The translations under genes were made by a program, and so were the position numbers. 64,000 bases of DNA from Desulfobacteraceae bacterium. Lineage in GTDB: Bacteria > Desulfobacterota > Desulfobacteria > Desulfobacterales > UBA5616. The DNA lies in NCBI GenBank assembly GCA_013791935.1, contig VMSV01000204.1:13415-77414 (forward strand), written 5' to 3'. Position 1 is the first letter of the stretch; each line of letters opens with the position of its first letter. The notes under the pieces are model-generated. The model made no database searches, was not told the origin of the DNA, and saw only the letters and a list, made by a program, of their open reading frames with translations. This document shows, piece after piece, positions 46,138 through 56,102 of this stretch.

Positions 46138-47058
46138 ATGACGAATCAAACAGCTTCAAATCAAGCTTCAGAGCTTAAAGGAAAGTTCTCGCCTGTTATA
46201 TTGACATGCTGCGCGGCAGCCCGCCAATTCATTGATAAAGAGGTGGTATTCGGAGGAGTGGGGGTCTCATTTCTGGCCGTTGCCATTTCAAAACTGCGAT
46301 ACACTCCCTGCCTGATCATGGTGACGGAAGCCGGTTACGTGGATTTCGCCGGTGTCAGCTCCATGGGAAGCCCGGCGGACAACCATGGTGCCATCGGGGC
46401 AAGTCTCCATCAGGGTCTTTTTGACACATTCCGGGATCTGCAATCCGGACACATCAATGCAGCGTGCCTGGGGCTGGCCCAGGTGGATAAATTCGGAAAC
46501 GCCAATGTCAGCTATGTGAATCCGAACATTCGCATGAACGGCAGCGGCGGCGGATGCGATATCGCCTCTTCTGCGGGTCGGGTGGTCTATGTGGTGAAAT
46601 ACGCCGCCAGAACCTTCCAGGAAAAACTCGACTACATCACCAATCCGGGATACCTGGACGGAAGTCCGGATGCCCGGAAAAAAGCCGGACTGGTGGGCGG
46701 CGGGCCGGCTTGCTTGGTCACGGACCGGGGGATTTTCCGTTTTGACGAAAAAACCCATGAAATGTATCTGGCGGAAGTGTTCCCCTGGCAGGATGAAAAA
46801 GACATTGAAAGCATCAAAGCGGATGTGCCGTGGGATTTGAAAGTGGCGGACAATCTGAAAATCATCGAGCCCCCCAACCAGGGTGAAATCGATGCCATCG
46901 CTTTGATGGATCCGGGCAAGGCCTATCTCGAGGAATCCATGATGAATCGTCCGGTGGCCCTGATCTCCATGTCTGGCCGCAGGGACCTCAATGCCTATCG
47001 GGAAATCGCAGAGATCTTCCGGGCAAAATTCCAGCAAGCAAAAGATTACCTGCTTTAA
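46138..47058 (+). CDS. CoA-transferase subunit B
   Basis: GctB / 3-oxoacid CoA-transferase beta-like, including the glutamate-containing region SGGGCDIASSAG. GGAAGG RBS. Confidence 0.75.
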   Translation: MTNQTASNQASELKGKFSPVILTCCAAARQFIDKEVVFGGVGVSFLAVAISKLRYTPCLIMVTEAGYVDFAGVSSMGSPADNHGAIGASLHQGLFDTFRDLQSGHINAACLGLAQVDKFGNANVSYVNPNIRMNGSGGGCDIASSAGRVVYVVKYAARTFQEKLDYITNPGYLDGSPDARKKAGLVGGGPACLVTDRGIFRFDEKTHEMYLAEVFPWQDEKDIESIKADVPWDLKVADNLKIIEPPNQGEIDAIALMDPGKAYLEESMMNRPVALISMSGRRDLNAYREIAEIFRAKFQQAKDYLL

Positions 47059-47067
47059 CCTCCATGA

Positions 47068-47098
47068 AAGCCGGGCCCTTCGAGGGCCCGGCTTTTTT
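47068..47098 (+). terminator. rho-independent terminator: GCCGGGCCC-TTCGAG-GGCCCGGC followed by TTTTTT
   Basis: Perfect 9-bp GC stem with a T-run immediately after the CoA-transferase B stop. Lies between convergent genes. Confidence 0.7.
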
Positions 47099-47109
47099 CC
47101 CGGATGAAT

Positions 47110-47886
47110 TCATGCCTTGATCAGGCTTGCCGCAGCTTCCAGATCCTTCAAATCCCGATAGGCGATAATACCTTCATCAAACCCGGCGGCTTCCATTTCC
47201 TGGAATTTTTTTCCAAGGTCTTCCAGGGACTGGATGGTTTGGCCGAAAAATTCTTTTCCGGATAAAGAAAAGGGGACCATGGCCGAGGTTTGAATGGGTT
47301 TCTGTTCCATGGCCCACGCTCTGTTTATCTCAGCTTCCGGATTCCAGAAGGTCACCACCCCGTCGGCCACCCCAAGGGCTTGTTTCCAGGCCTCGCGACC
47401 CACACAAGCCAGGTAAAGAGGAACCGGTGGACCAGGAAGGGTTCTTAACCGGATGCCCTTGATCCGGAACGTCTGGCCCTGAAAATCTGTTTTTTCCCCT
47501 GAGAGAAGACTCCGAAGGATCAGGACGCACTCCTTTTCTGCATAAGGGCTGGGTTCAATGCCCGCTTTTTCAAGGAAGCGTTGAATGCCCTTGCCCAGGG
47601 AAATACTAAGCCGGTTGTTTGAAAACCGCTGCAGGGTAGCGGCCATCTGAGCCATAACCACGGGATGGCGGGTGAAGGGATTGGTAACCCCCAAGCCGAT
47701 GAGGACTTGTTCCGTGTTTTGGGCCAGGATACTTGCCGCCATCCAGGCCTCCCAGGGAGACACCAGGGTATCCGGAACCCATACCCGATAAAAACCCTGG
47801 GAATCAAAGGCCTTGGCATGATCTGTCAATTCATCCAAGGGGCATTGGTGGGACAACTCCACGCTGATTTTCATGGCTGGTTTCAT
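47110..47886 (-). CDS. LLM-class (luciferase-like) flavin/F420-dependent oxidoreductase family protein
   Basis: TIM-barrel LLM family resemblance (methylene-H4MPT reductase-like). 258 aa. Confidence 0.6.
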   Translation of the reverse strand: MKPAMKISVELSHQCPLDELTDHAKAFDSQGFYRVWVPDTLVSPWEAWMAASILAQNTEQVLIGLGVTNPFTRHPVVMAQMAATLQRFSNNRLSISLGKGIQRFLEKAGIEPSPYAEKECVLILRSLLSGEKTDFQGQTFRIKGIRLRTLPGPPVPLYLACVGREAWKQALGVADGVVTFWNPEAEINRAWAMEQKPIQTSAMVPFSLSGKEFFGQTIQSLEDLGKKFQEMEAAGFDEGIIAYRDLKDLEAAASLIKA

Positions 47887-47931
47887 ACAAACCTCCCTTT
47901 GTGAATGGGGTTGGTTTTCCTTTGAATCCCG

Positions 47932-48972
47932 TCAAATGACATGAGTGATGAGCAGAATGATAGTGATGATGCCCAGAAGAATGCGGTAATAGCCGAAAAT
48001 GCGCAATCCGTGTTTTTTCAGGTAGTTCACCAGCCATTTCACGGAAAACCAGGCAGCGATGAAGGCGCTGAATATCCCCATCACAGGGGTGAAGATCCCG
48101 TAGGCTGAAACAATGCCCGCGCCGTGACCGGCAAACTCGTAAACCGTTGCTGCTCCCAAAGTGATCAGGCCCAGAAGAAAGCTGAACTCCACGGCCGCCC
48201 CGAGGCTCAGCCCTGCAAACAATCCCCCCATGATGGTGGCAAGGCTTCGGCTGACCCCCGGCCACATCGCCGCAACCTGGAAAAGGCCGATGACCAGGGC
48301 CACGCGCCAGCTCATGTCCTCAATGGACTTTAATGGGCCGGGATGGTGCTTTTCAGAATCAGTCGGAGCAAAAAAGATGGCCACCCCTCCAAAAATCCAC
48401 CCCATGGCCACGGCCCAAGGACCAAAAAGAATCTGTTTGATCAGGCTCGAAAAAAGGAGCCCCGTGATTGCGGCGGGAAGGAATGCCAGGATCAGCATCC
48501 CGCCGAGTTTAAGACCCTCCGGGGATTTGCCCAGAAACCCCTGAAGAATTTGCATGGACCTCCGGCGGTAAAGCCCGAGAACGGCTATAATAGCCCCGAT
48601 CTGAATCACCACGGCGTAGGAATCCGCCGCATCCTTTTTTTCTTGGGTGTCGTCCAGTCCCATGAGGTGCTGGGTGAGAAGAAGGTGGCCTGTGGAGCTC
48701 ACCGGAAGATATTCCGTGACCCCCTCCACCAGACCCAGGACCAGGGCATGAAAAACGCTGAGTCGTTGGTTTTCTCCGGATGAATTTTCGGAAACCCCGT
48801 GGATCGGGACAGTGAACAAAAAAACAAGCAGCAGAACCATGCATAAAATTTTTACGGGAACTTTTTTATAGGGAAGGCCATGCAGAATCACGAATTCCAA
48901 TCTCCGGCTAAGGTCCTGAAGTACACAAGCAATCCGATTCAGGGATGGCCCCGTTCTCGGCAACACACTCAA
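47932..48972 (-). CDS. uppP: undecaprenyl-diphosphate phosphatase (UppP/BacA)
   Basis: BacA signature LVEGVTEYLPVSSTGHL and the conserved PGVSRSLATIMGG...EFSFLLG motif. True start is probably downstream at MVLLLVF (48840). Confidence 0.8.
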   Translation of the reverse strand: MSVLPRTGPSLNRIACVLQDLSRRLEFVILHGLPYKKVPVKILCMVLLLVFLFTVPIHGVSENSSGENQRLSVFHALVLGLVEGVTEYLPVSSTGHLLLTQHLMGLDDTQEKKDAADSYAVVIQIGAIIAVLGLYRRRSMQILQGFLGKSPEGLKLGGMLILAFLPAAITGLLFSSLIKQILFGPWAVAMGWIFGGVAIFFAPTDSEKHHPGPLKSIEDMSWRVALVIGLFQVAAMWPGVSRSLATIMGGLFAGLSLGAAVEFSFLLGLITLGAATVYEFAGHGAGIVSAYGIFTPVMGIFSAFIAAWFSVKWLVNYLKKHGLRIFGYYRILLGIITIILLITHVI

Positions 48973-49201
48973 GGCAAAATTACTTGAAATTATTAGTAGG
49001 AACAGGGGCTCCTGTCAACAACCGATTGCCATCCCATGACGGATGTCCAGAAATAAAGGTCTAAAATTTAAGTTAATAAAATGGATTAAGCGATGAATCA
49101 AGTTGATTTGCTTTCTCCCCCTGTGCTATAGGAGGTTCCGTCCCATTCGATCCCATGCAATTTTCAATGCCGTTTCCTTAAGATAATTCATCTGTCATAA
49201 G

Positions 49202-49273
49202 GGCGGGGATAAACCCCGCCCCTACAGCGCAGAGTGCGATTTGAACGTAGGGGTGGGGTTTATCCCCACCCGC
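49202..49273 (+). other. 72-bp imperfect palindrome / twin hairpin in the leader of the nfeD-flotillin operon
   Basis: GGCGGGGATAAACCCCGCCCCTAC ... 21 nt ... GTAGGGGTGGGGTTTATCCCCACCCGC. Each arm is itself a GC hairpin. Lies 10 nt before the AAGGAG RBS. Confidence 0.5.
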
Positions 49274-49441
49274 AAATTTGCTTAAGGAGCTGGCATGGAT
49301 ACTAATTGTGCTGAAATCGTGTTCGGGATTTCAGATCAGCCCAAACGCTGGCCGCCCGGCCAGCCTTCACCTTTGAAAAATTCCACAGGTTTCTCGATAG
49401 CGGGTCCGCCTGTGATATTTCACTCTGGAAAGGAGAAGCAA

Positions 49442-50026
49442 ATGAAGAGTTTGTTTTCGCAGTTCAACGGTGTTGAAATCTTTTTTCTGCTCTGTGCCCT
49501 GGTCGGAGGAATGTTCGTTTTTTTCAGGCTCGTCATGCAAATGATGGGTTTCGGTCATGACGGCGACGGGGATTTCGGCGGGGCCAGCCATGGTGTGGAC
49601 GGCCATCACGAGGATTCCGATATCGGTTTTAAACTGCTGTCCCTTCACGGCCTCACTTCCTTTCTCATGATGTTCGGACTGGTGGGTCTGGCGCTATATA
49701 AGCAGAGCGGAAGCGGTATCATGGTTTCCATAGCAGGTGCCGTGATCGCAGGTCTTGCCTCTGTTTGGGCCATAAAGAAGCTTTTTTCGTCTTTTGGAAA
49801 ACTCCAGTCCAGCGGAACCATCTCCATTGAAAATGCCATTGGTTCCCAGGGAAGTGTTTATCTGAACATTCCCAAGGGCGGCACAGGGCGAGTATTGGTG
49901 AAGGTGAACAACAGTTTGAGGGAATTTGATGCGGCTTCAGCGGATGAGACAACGGCAATCCCAACGGATACGCCCATTCGAGTGGTCTGGGTGGATGGAA
50001 ACATTTTGGTTGTTGAAAAAATCTGA
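49442..50026 (+). CDS. NfeD-like membrane protein (short form, C-terminal OB-fold)
   Basis: TM helices followed by a beta-rich C-terminus (GTGRVLVKVNNSLREF...IRVVWVDGNILVVEKI). AAAGGAGAAG RBS. An in-frame upstream ATG at 49295 also has an RBS. Confidence 0.65.
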   Translation: MKSLFSQFNGVEIFFLLCALVGGMFVFFRLVMQMMGFGHDGDGDFGGASHGVDGHHEDSDIGFKLLSLHGLTSFLMMFGLVGLALYKQSGSGIMVSIAGAVIAGLASVWAIKKLFSSFGKLQSSGTISIENAIGSQGSVYLNIPKGGTGRVLVKVNNSLREFDAASADETTAIPTDTPIRVVWVDGNILVVEKI

Positions 50027-50046
50027 CCCCAAGGAAAGGAGTAATT

Positions 50047-51612
50047 ATGATCGATTTAGGATTCTGGATTCTGCCCATTGTGGCGTTTGTCATTCTGGTT
50101 ATCACCACCCTGGCCTTTTTGGCTTCCCGGTACAAAAGATGTCCTTCGGATAAGATTCTGGTGGTCTACGGAAGGGTGGGAACCGGCCAGTCCGCCAACT
50201 GCATCCACGGCGGCGGCGCCCTGATATGGCCCCTGATCCAGGATTACGCCTACATGGACCTTACCCCCATGACCATCAGCATTCCTCTTCAGAAGGCCCT
50301 GTCCATGCAGAATATTCGCATCAATGTTCCCAGTACGTTTACCGTGGGGATCAGCACGGAACCCGGACCCATGAACAATGCGGCGGAAAGGCTGTTGCAC
50401 CTGGAACAAAAGGAAATTGAAGAAATGGCCAAGGAAATCATCTTCGGCCAGCTCCGGCTCACCGTGGCGTCCCTGACCATTGAGCAGATCAATCAGGACC
50501 GGGAAAGCTTTCTGGATTCGATCCGGAAAAACGTATCCCCGGAGTTGAACAAAATCGGTCTTTACCTCATCAACGTGAACATCACGGATATCACCGATGA
50601 GTCGGATTACATTGAAAGCATCGGGAAAAAAGCCGCAGCAGAAGCCATCAACCGGGCCAAAGTGGATGTGGCGGAGCAGGAAAAAGACGGTTCCATCGGT
50701 GAGGCCGAGGCGGTTCGCGTAAAGACCATCCGGGTGGCGGAGAACGTGGCGGAAGCGGATAAAGGCAAGAAAAAAGCCGATGCGGATCGACGGGTTTTTG
50801 TTCAGCAGCAGGAAACCGCAGCCACCATCGGCGAAGCCGAAGCCGACCGGGAAAAAGAAATCCGGGTGGCGGAAAACCTGGCCCAGGCTGAAAAGGGGCG
50901 AAAAAAGGCCGATGCGGATAAGCGGATCTTTGTTCAGGAACAGGAGGCCATGGCCATCACAGGAGAAAACAAGGCCAAGGCGGATATGGCCGATGCCGAT
51001 GCCCAGCTGGCCATAAAACAGGCCGAGGCCCTGAAACTCGGGGAAGTCGCCAAGCGGGAAGCCATGGTGGAAATTCAAAAGGCTCAGTACAGGGCAGAAC
51101 AGGAAAGACTCAATGCCCAGGACGTGGTTCGCCAGGAAATTGAAAAGCGGAAAATTGAAATCGCCGCAGAAGCCGAAGCGGAAAAGATCCGCCGGGAAGC
51201 CAAGGGGAATGCTGATGCTATTCTCATGAAATACGAGGCCGAAGCCAGAGGCATCAAGCAGGTACTGGAAAGCAAAGCGTCGGGGTATGCCGCCCTTGTG
51301 GAGTCTTGCAACGGAGACGCCAAGTCTCTGGCCAGCCTTTTAATCATCGAAAAAATGGAAGAGCTGGTCACCATGCAGGTGGAGGCCATCCGCAACCTCA
51401 AAATAGACAAGATCACGGTTTGGGATTCCGGAAACACAGGAAACGGGGGATCCTCCACAGCCAATTTCATATCCGGGCTGGTGAAAAGTCTTCCGCCCCT
51501 GCATGATATCGCCGAACTCTCGGGCCTGGATCTGCCCAAATTTCTGGGGGAGGTCAGCTCGGCAAAGCCCCTGGAAAAAGCGGAACCCCAGAAAGAACCC
51601 ACAGCCAAATAA
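50047..51612 (+). CDS. flotillin-like SPFH/band-7 protein (YqiK/FloA-type)
   Basis: N-terminal TM, SPFH domain, then a long E/A/K-rich coiled coil with two direct ~37-aa repeats (KKADADRR(V/I)FVQ(Q/E)QE...). Confidence 0.8.
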   Translation: MIDLGFWILPIVAFVILVITTLAFLASRYKRCPSDKILVVYGRVGTGQSANCIHGGGALIWPLIQDYAYMDLTPMTISIPLQKALSMQNIRINVPSTFTVGISTEPGPMNNAAERLLHLEQKEIEEMAKEIIFGQLRLTVASLTIEQINQDRESFLDSIRKNVSPELNKIGLYLINVNITDITDESDYIESIGKKAAAEAINRAKVDVAEQEKDGSIGEAEAVRVKTIRVAENVAEADKGKKKADADRRVFVQQQETAATIGEAEADREKEIRVAENLAQAEKGRKKADADKRIFVQEQEAMAITGENKAKADMADADAQLAIKQAEALKLGEVAKREAMVEIQKAQYRAEQERLNAQDVVRQEIEKRKIEIAAEAEAEKIRREAKGNADAILMKYEAEARGIKQVLESKASGYAALVESCNGDAKSLASLLIIEKMEELVTMQVEAIRNLKIDKITVWDSGNTGNGGSSTANFISGLVKSLPPLHDIAELSGLDLPKFLGEVSSAKPLEKAEPQKEPTAK

Positions 51613-51638
51613 ACAATCCTTTCCTGAAAAAGGCCCCG

Positions 51639-51678
51639 AAAAACCGCAGCCCGTTTCACGGCGTTTGCGGTTTTTTTG
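51639..51678 (+). terminator. rho-independent terminator after the flotillin gene
   Basis: AAACCGCA ... TGCGGTTT stem followed by TTTTTTT at 51671-51677. Confidence 0.6.
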
Positions 51679-51906
51679 GGCCTATCCCCATGAGCAGTTC
51701 CCCCTGTTTGAGCAAATAACCTGTTGACTCGCGTTCCGCAGCCTTGTAATTTCAGAATTCAACAGCCGGAAATCTGAATGCCCGGAGAATGATCGACCAT
51801 GAAGAAGATGACCGTTAGAGAACTCCAGGATACTGTGGATCAATAACTTCCCGAAATTAAGTTAGAACTATATGAAAACCGGTTACATGAAGAAAGGGGT
51901 TTTAAA

Positions 51907-52818
51907 ATGATACGAAAGAAACACGCCTTTCGGCGGGCTGTATTCCTTCCGCTGATTCTGTTCATTTCGATGATTGCGGGAAGTATGCAAGCCGAGGCTT
52001 TGGAGACAAAATCCTTTATTTGGGAAGTCACCTCGGACACCGCCACGGTCTTTGTCATGGGCTCCATCCATGCGGCCAGACCCGACATGTATCCCCTGAG
52101 CCCCGCCATAGAGGGGGCTTTCAATAAATCATCCTGCCTGGTGGTGGAGGTGAACCCCTTCACCATAGATGAGAAAAAAATGCAAGCGATCATCGAGAAA
52201 AAAGGGTATTATCCGGCAAACGATCAAATCGGGAACCACATTCAAACTCCCCTGTATCACGACCTGACAACCTACCTCCAACAAGCGGGAATTCCCCTGG
52301 AGCGGGTTTCCCGAATGAGGCCCGGATTTTTGTCCTTTTCCCTCACCGCCGCCCATATGATAAAACTGGGATATCTCCCGGAAAACGGGGTGGACCTGTA
52401 CTTCCTGAAAAAGGCCAAGGACCGCAAGCAGATCCTTGCACTGGAAACCATGGAAGAACAGCTGAACCTGCTCCTGGACATGCCGGATGAAAACCTTTAC
52501 CTGAAATACACCCTTTCGGATCTTGAAAATGCCGGACAGATTCTTCAGGTTATGACTTCCGCCTGGCTGAACGGCGACGCCCAAGGGATGTATGACAGCG
52601 TGATCGGGCCCTATGTCACAGACCCTGAAATGAGGCCTCTGCTGGACAGGCTTTTCTTCCAGAGAAATCTCAAGATGACGGCGAAAATCAAGGGGTTGTT
52701 AAAAACCGGACTGACCAGCTTTGTGGTGGTGGGGGCCGGGCATCTGGTGGGAGAAAAAGGGATTGTCGAGTTGCTGAAGCAGGATCATTACAAAGTCAGG
52801 CAGTTGGGAAAAAACTGA
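51907..52818 (+). CDS. TraB/GumN family protein, secreted
   Basis: Signal peptide, then the TraB/GumN-like motifs FIWEVTSDTATVFVMGSIHAA and VVVGAGHLVGEKG. Confidence 0.7.
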   Translation: MIRKKHAFRRAVFLPLILFISMIAGSMQAEALETKSFIWEVTSDTATVFVMGSIHAARPDMYPLSPAIEGAFNKSSCLVVEVNPFTIDEKKMQAIIEKKGYYPANDQIGNHIQTPLYHDLTTYLQQAGIPLERVSRMRPGFLSFSLTAAHMIKLGYLPENGVDLYFLKKAKDRKQILALETMEEQLNLLLDMPDENLYLKYTLSDLENAGQILQVMTSAWLNGDAQGMYDSVIGPYVTDPEMRPLLDRLFFQRNLKMTAKIKGLLKTGLTSFVVVGAGHLVGEKGIVELLKQDHYKVRQLGKN

Positions 52819-52831
52819 AGAAAGGCAACAA

Positions 52832-53644
52832 ATGACTTTTATCAATACCCTTCAAACCGCATGGAAAAAACAGGATTCCCTGGTCTGTGTGGGGCTGGAT
52901 TCCGATCTTTCAAGAATTCCGGATCATCTTAAAAAAGAAAAACACCCCTTGTTTGCATTCAACCGGGAAATCATCGATGCCACCGCCGGCCTGGTGTGCG
53001 CCTACAAGCCCCAGATCGCCTATTATTCGGCCGTGGGTGCGGAAAAAGACCTGGAACTCACCATCCACCATATCCATGAACACTACCCCGGGATTCCCGT
53101 GATTCTGGATGCCAAGCGGGGGGACATCGGGTCCACGGCCCAAAAATACGCTGCCGAGGCTTTTGACCGTTATCAGGCGGATGCCGTGACCGTGAACCCC
53201 TACCTGGGAGAAGATTCTTTGCGGCCTTTTTTGAACCGCAAAGACAAGGGTGTGATCATTTTATGCCGGACCTCCAATCCCGGCGCCGGAGATATTCAGG
53301 ATCTTGAGACCGGCGGGAAAAAAATCTTTCGAATCATTGCTGAAAAAGCGGTGAATCAGTGGAACGAAAACGGAAATGTACTGCTGGTGGTGGGGGCCAC
53401 CTGGCCTGAAGAACTGGGCCAAATCCGTTCCCTGGCGAAAGGCATGCCATTTCTGGTGCCGGGGATCGGGGCCCAGGGCGGGGATGTGGAACAGGCGGTG
53501 TTGAGCGGCAAAACCCAAGACGGAACCGGCTTGATCATCAACTCTTCCCGGGGCGTTATTTATGCCGGAAAGGGAGAAGAATTCGCAGAAGCATCCCGTC
53601 ATGCAGCAGAAGCATTGCGGAACGAAATCAATCGGTACCGATGA
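52832..53644 (+). CDS. pyrF: orotidine-5'-phosphate decarboxylase (type 2)
   Basis: ILDAKRGDIGSTA active-site motif. 270 aa. Confidence 0.8.
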   Translation: MTFINTLQTAWKKQDSLVCVGLDSDLSRIPDHLKKEKHPLFAFNREIIDATAGLVCAYKPQIAYYSAVGAEKDLELTIHHIHEHYPGIPVILDAKRGDIGSTAQKYAAEAFDRYQADAVTVNPYLGEDSLRPFLNRKDKGVIILCRTSNPGAGDIQDLETGGKKIFRIIAEKAVNQWNENGNVLLVVGATWPEELGQIRSLAKGMPFLVPGIGAQGGDVEQAVLSGKTQDGTGLIINSSRGVIYAGKGEEFAEASRHAAEALRNEINRYR

Positions 53645-53665
53645 GAACGGATAAAGGAAAAGACC

Positions 53666-55228
53666 ATGAATCGTGATGAAATGATCAGCAGACTGGAAGA
53701 CCGCAAAACCCCGTGGGACATTGTGGTAATCGGCGGCGGGGCCACCGGGGTGGGCATCGCCGTGGATGCGGCCTCACGAGGATATGACATTCTGCTTCTG
53801 GAACAGGGGGATTTCGGAAAGGGAACCTCCTCTCGAAGCACCAAGCTCATCCATGGCGGGGTCCGCTATCTTCAGCAGGGAAACGTGGCCCTGGTCATGG
53901 AAGCCCTGCGGGAGCGGGGAATTTTAAGAAATAACGCGCCTCACCTGGTCCATGACCTGGCCTTTGTGGTGCCCAATTATGACTGGTGGGAGGCCCCGTT
54001 TTACGGCATCGGCCTGAAAGTCTATGACATGCTGGCCGGAAAGTACGGATTCGGTCCTTCAAAGGTCCTGTCCAAGGATGAAACCCTGGAGCGCATTCCC
54101 ACCATCAAGCAGCAGGGCCTAAGGGGCGGTATCATTTACTATGATGGCCAGTTCGACGATGCCAGGCTTCTGATCAATCTGGCTCGCACTGCCAGCCACC
54201 AGGGGGGCTGCCTGATCAACTACGCCGAGGTGTTTTCCCTCACAAAAGATTCCGACGGGTTTGTAACCGGTGTGATTTTCAGGGATGTGGAAACGGAAAA
54301 AGAATACGAAATCAAGGCCAAGGCCGTGATCAACGCCACCGGCCCCTTTACAGACAATGTGTTGCAGATGGATGATCCCAAGGCATCTCCCATTATTTCT
54401 CCCAGCCAGGGGGTTCACATTGTTCTGGACCGGTCCTTTCTTCCGGGGAATTCCGCCATCATGGTTCCTCACACCCGGGACGGCCGAGTGATGTTCGCCA
54501 TTCCCTATCTGGGAGCCACCCTGGTGGGAACCACCGACACGCCCATTGCAAAGGTTTCCCTGGAACCTGTTCCCATGGAGGAAGAAATCCAATTTCTTTT
54601 GGAAACCGCCAACAGCTACCTTGAAAAAACCCCGGCCAGGGAAGATATTTTAAGCATCTTCACCGGTATTCGGCCCCTGGTGAAATCCGAAGAAGAGAAA
54701 AACACAGCCAGCCTTTCCAGGGATCACTACCTTCACATCGGAAAATCCGGCCTGATCACCATGGCCGGGGGTAAATGGACCACCTATCGCCAGATGGCCA
54801 AAATCTGCGTCAACCATGCCATCACCATGGGCAACCTGGAGACCCGGCCCTGCGTGACCAAAGAATTGAATATCCACGGATACCACAAATCCGCCCACAA
54901 ATTTGAAGATTTGGCCCTTTACGGTTCGGACGCCCCGGCCATTATGGATCTCATGCGCGCCACCCCGGAATACAAGGAACTCATTCATCCCGAACTTTCG
55001 GCGCGGGTGGGGGAAATTATCTGGGCGGCAAGACTGGAATGCGCGCGAACCGTGGAGGATTTTCTGGCCCGGCGCTCCAGAAGTCTTCTGCTCAATGCCA
55101 GGGCCTCTGCCGAAGCAGCACCCAAGGTGGCCGAAGTCATGGCCAAAGAGCTGGGCCGGAGCACGGAATGGGAGAACGAGCAAATCGCTTCTTTCCAGGC
55201 TTTAACCCGAATTTATCTTCCCGATTAA
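53666..55228 (+). CDS. FAD-dependent glycerol-3-phosphate dehydrogenase (GlpD/GlpA-like)
   Basis: DIVVIGGGATGVGIAVDAASRGY dinucleotide fold, ...KLIHGGVRYL, and a C-terminal GlpD-type domain. Confidence 0.8.
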   Translation: MNRDEMISRLEDRKTPWDIVVIGGGATGVGIAVDAASRGYDILLLEQGDFGKGTSSRSTKLIHGGVRYLQQGNVALVMEALRERGILRNNAPHLVHDLAFVVPNYDWWEAPFYGIGLKVYDMLAGKYGFGPSKVLSKDETLERIPTIKQQGLRGGIIYYDGQFDDARLLINLARTASHQGGCLINYAEVFSLTKDSDGFVTGVIFRDVETEKEYEIKAKAVINATGPFTDNVLQMDDPKASPIISPSQGVHIVLDRSFLPGNSAIMVPHTRDGRVMFAIPYLGATLVGTTDTPIAKVSLEPVPMEEEIQFLLETANSYLEKTPAREDILSIFTGIRPLVKSEEEKNTASLSRDHYLHIGKSGLITMAGGKWTTYRQMAKICVNHAITMGNLETRPCVTKELNIHGYHKSAHKFEDLALYGSDAPAIMDLMRATPEYKELIHPELSARVGEIIWAARLECARTVEDFLARRSRSLLLNARASAEAAPKVAEVMAKELGRSTEWENEQIASFQALTRIYLPD

Positions 55229-55277
55229 TGGTTTTGCTGGAAGATTCACCATTCATTCACCCTGAAAGGAGAGAACA

Positions 55278-56099
55278 ATGGAACAGGTCACCCCCCATAT
55301 TTTTGCGGAAACGCAATACAGAGGATGCAATCCGGGTTTTGTGGTCACCTCCGAGGGCATTGTGATGGTGGATACTCCCCAGATGCCCACGGATGCTTTG
55401 AAGTATCGGGAAGAAATATTAAAAAAGGGAGAGGTCCGGTACCTGATCAACACGGAACCCCACGGGGACCATTTCATGGGCAATTGTTTTTTCGGGGGCA
55501 TCGGGGTGGCCCATGAGGAAACCCGGAACCGGATTGTTCAGACGGATATGAATGCCATCAAGGAACGCATGTCCATGATGGACCCTGGTTTTAAGGATTT
55601 GGATTCCTTTACCCTTCGCCCTCCTTCCGTCACCTTCACCCAGTCCATGAAAATTTATTCCGGAGACCATGAATTTGTCCTCCTGCATCTCCCCGGCCAT
55701 ACCTTTTCCGAAACCGCGGTTTTTGTTCCCCAAGAACGGGTGGTGTTCACCGGGGACAATATCTTCTATAATTGCCAGACTTTTTTCCAGGAAGCCCTGC
55801 CCAAGGAATGGCTCCAATCCCTGAAAACCTTAAAAACCCTGGAGGCGGATTTCATCATTCCCGGCCACGGGGAAATCTGCAAAATGGATTACATCGACGA
55901 GCAGGCGGCCTTTATTGAAGACTGGATTGCCGCCGTGAAAAATGCCGTTGAAAAAGGATGGAGCCTGGAAGAAGCCCAGGAGAGGATCTCTTTTCTGGAT
56001 CGGTATCCCATGTTAAGCGGCATGGCGGATTTCGGCCCCCAGCTTCAGAAGACCAATGTGGGAAGGCTCTATGCCCTGGCCTTTGAAAACAGGCTTTAA
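55278..56099 (+). CDS. MBL-fold metallo-hydrolase
   Basis: INTEPHGDHFMGN and HLPGHTFSE motifs. Confidence 0.75.
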   Translation: MEQVTPHIFAETQYRGCNPGFVVTSEGIVMVDTPQMPTDALKYREEILKKGEVRYLINTEPHGDHFMGNCFFGGIGVAHEETRNRIVQTDMNAIKERMSMMDPGFKDLDSFTLRPPSVTFTQSMKIYSGDHEFVLLHLPGHTFSETAVFVPQERVVFTGDNIFYNCQTFFQEALPKEWLQSLKTLKTLEADFIIPGHGEICKMDYIDEQAAFIEDWIAAVKNAVEKGWSLEEAQERISFLDRYPMLSGMADFGPQLQKTNVGRLYALAFENRL

Positions 56100-56102
56100 G
56101 TC

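Noticed and set aside
49202-49273. CRISPR repeat or array
   Set aside because: Only one palindromic unit. No repeat-spacer periodicity and no cas genes. The resemblance to the GGTTTATCCCCGC cores of type I-E repeats is superficial.
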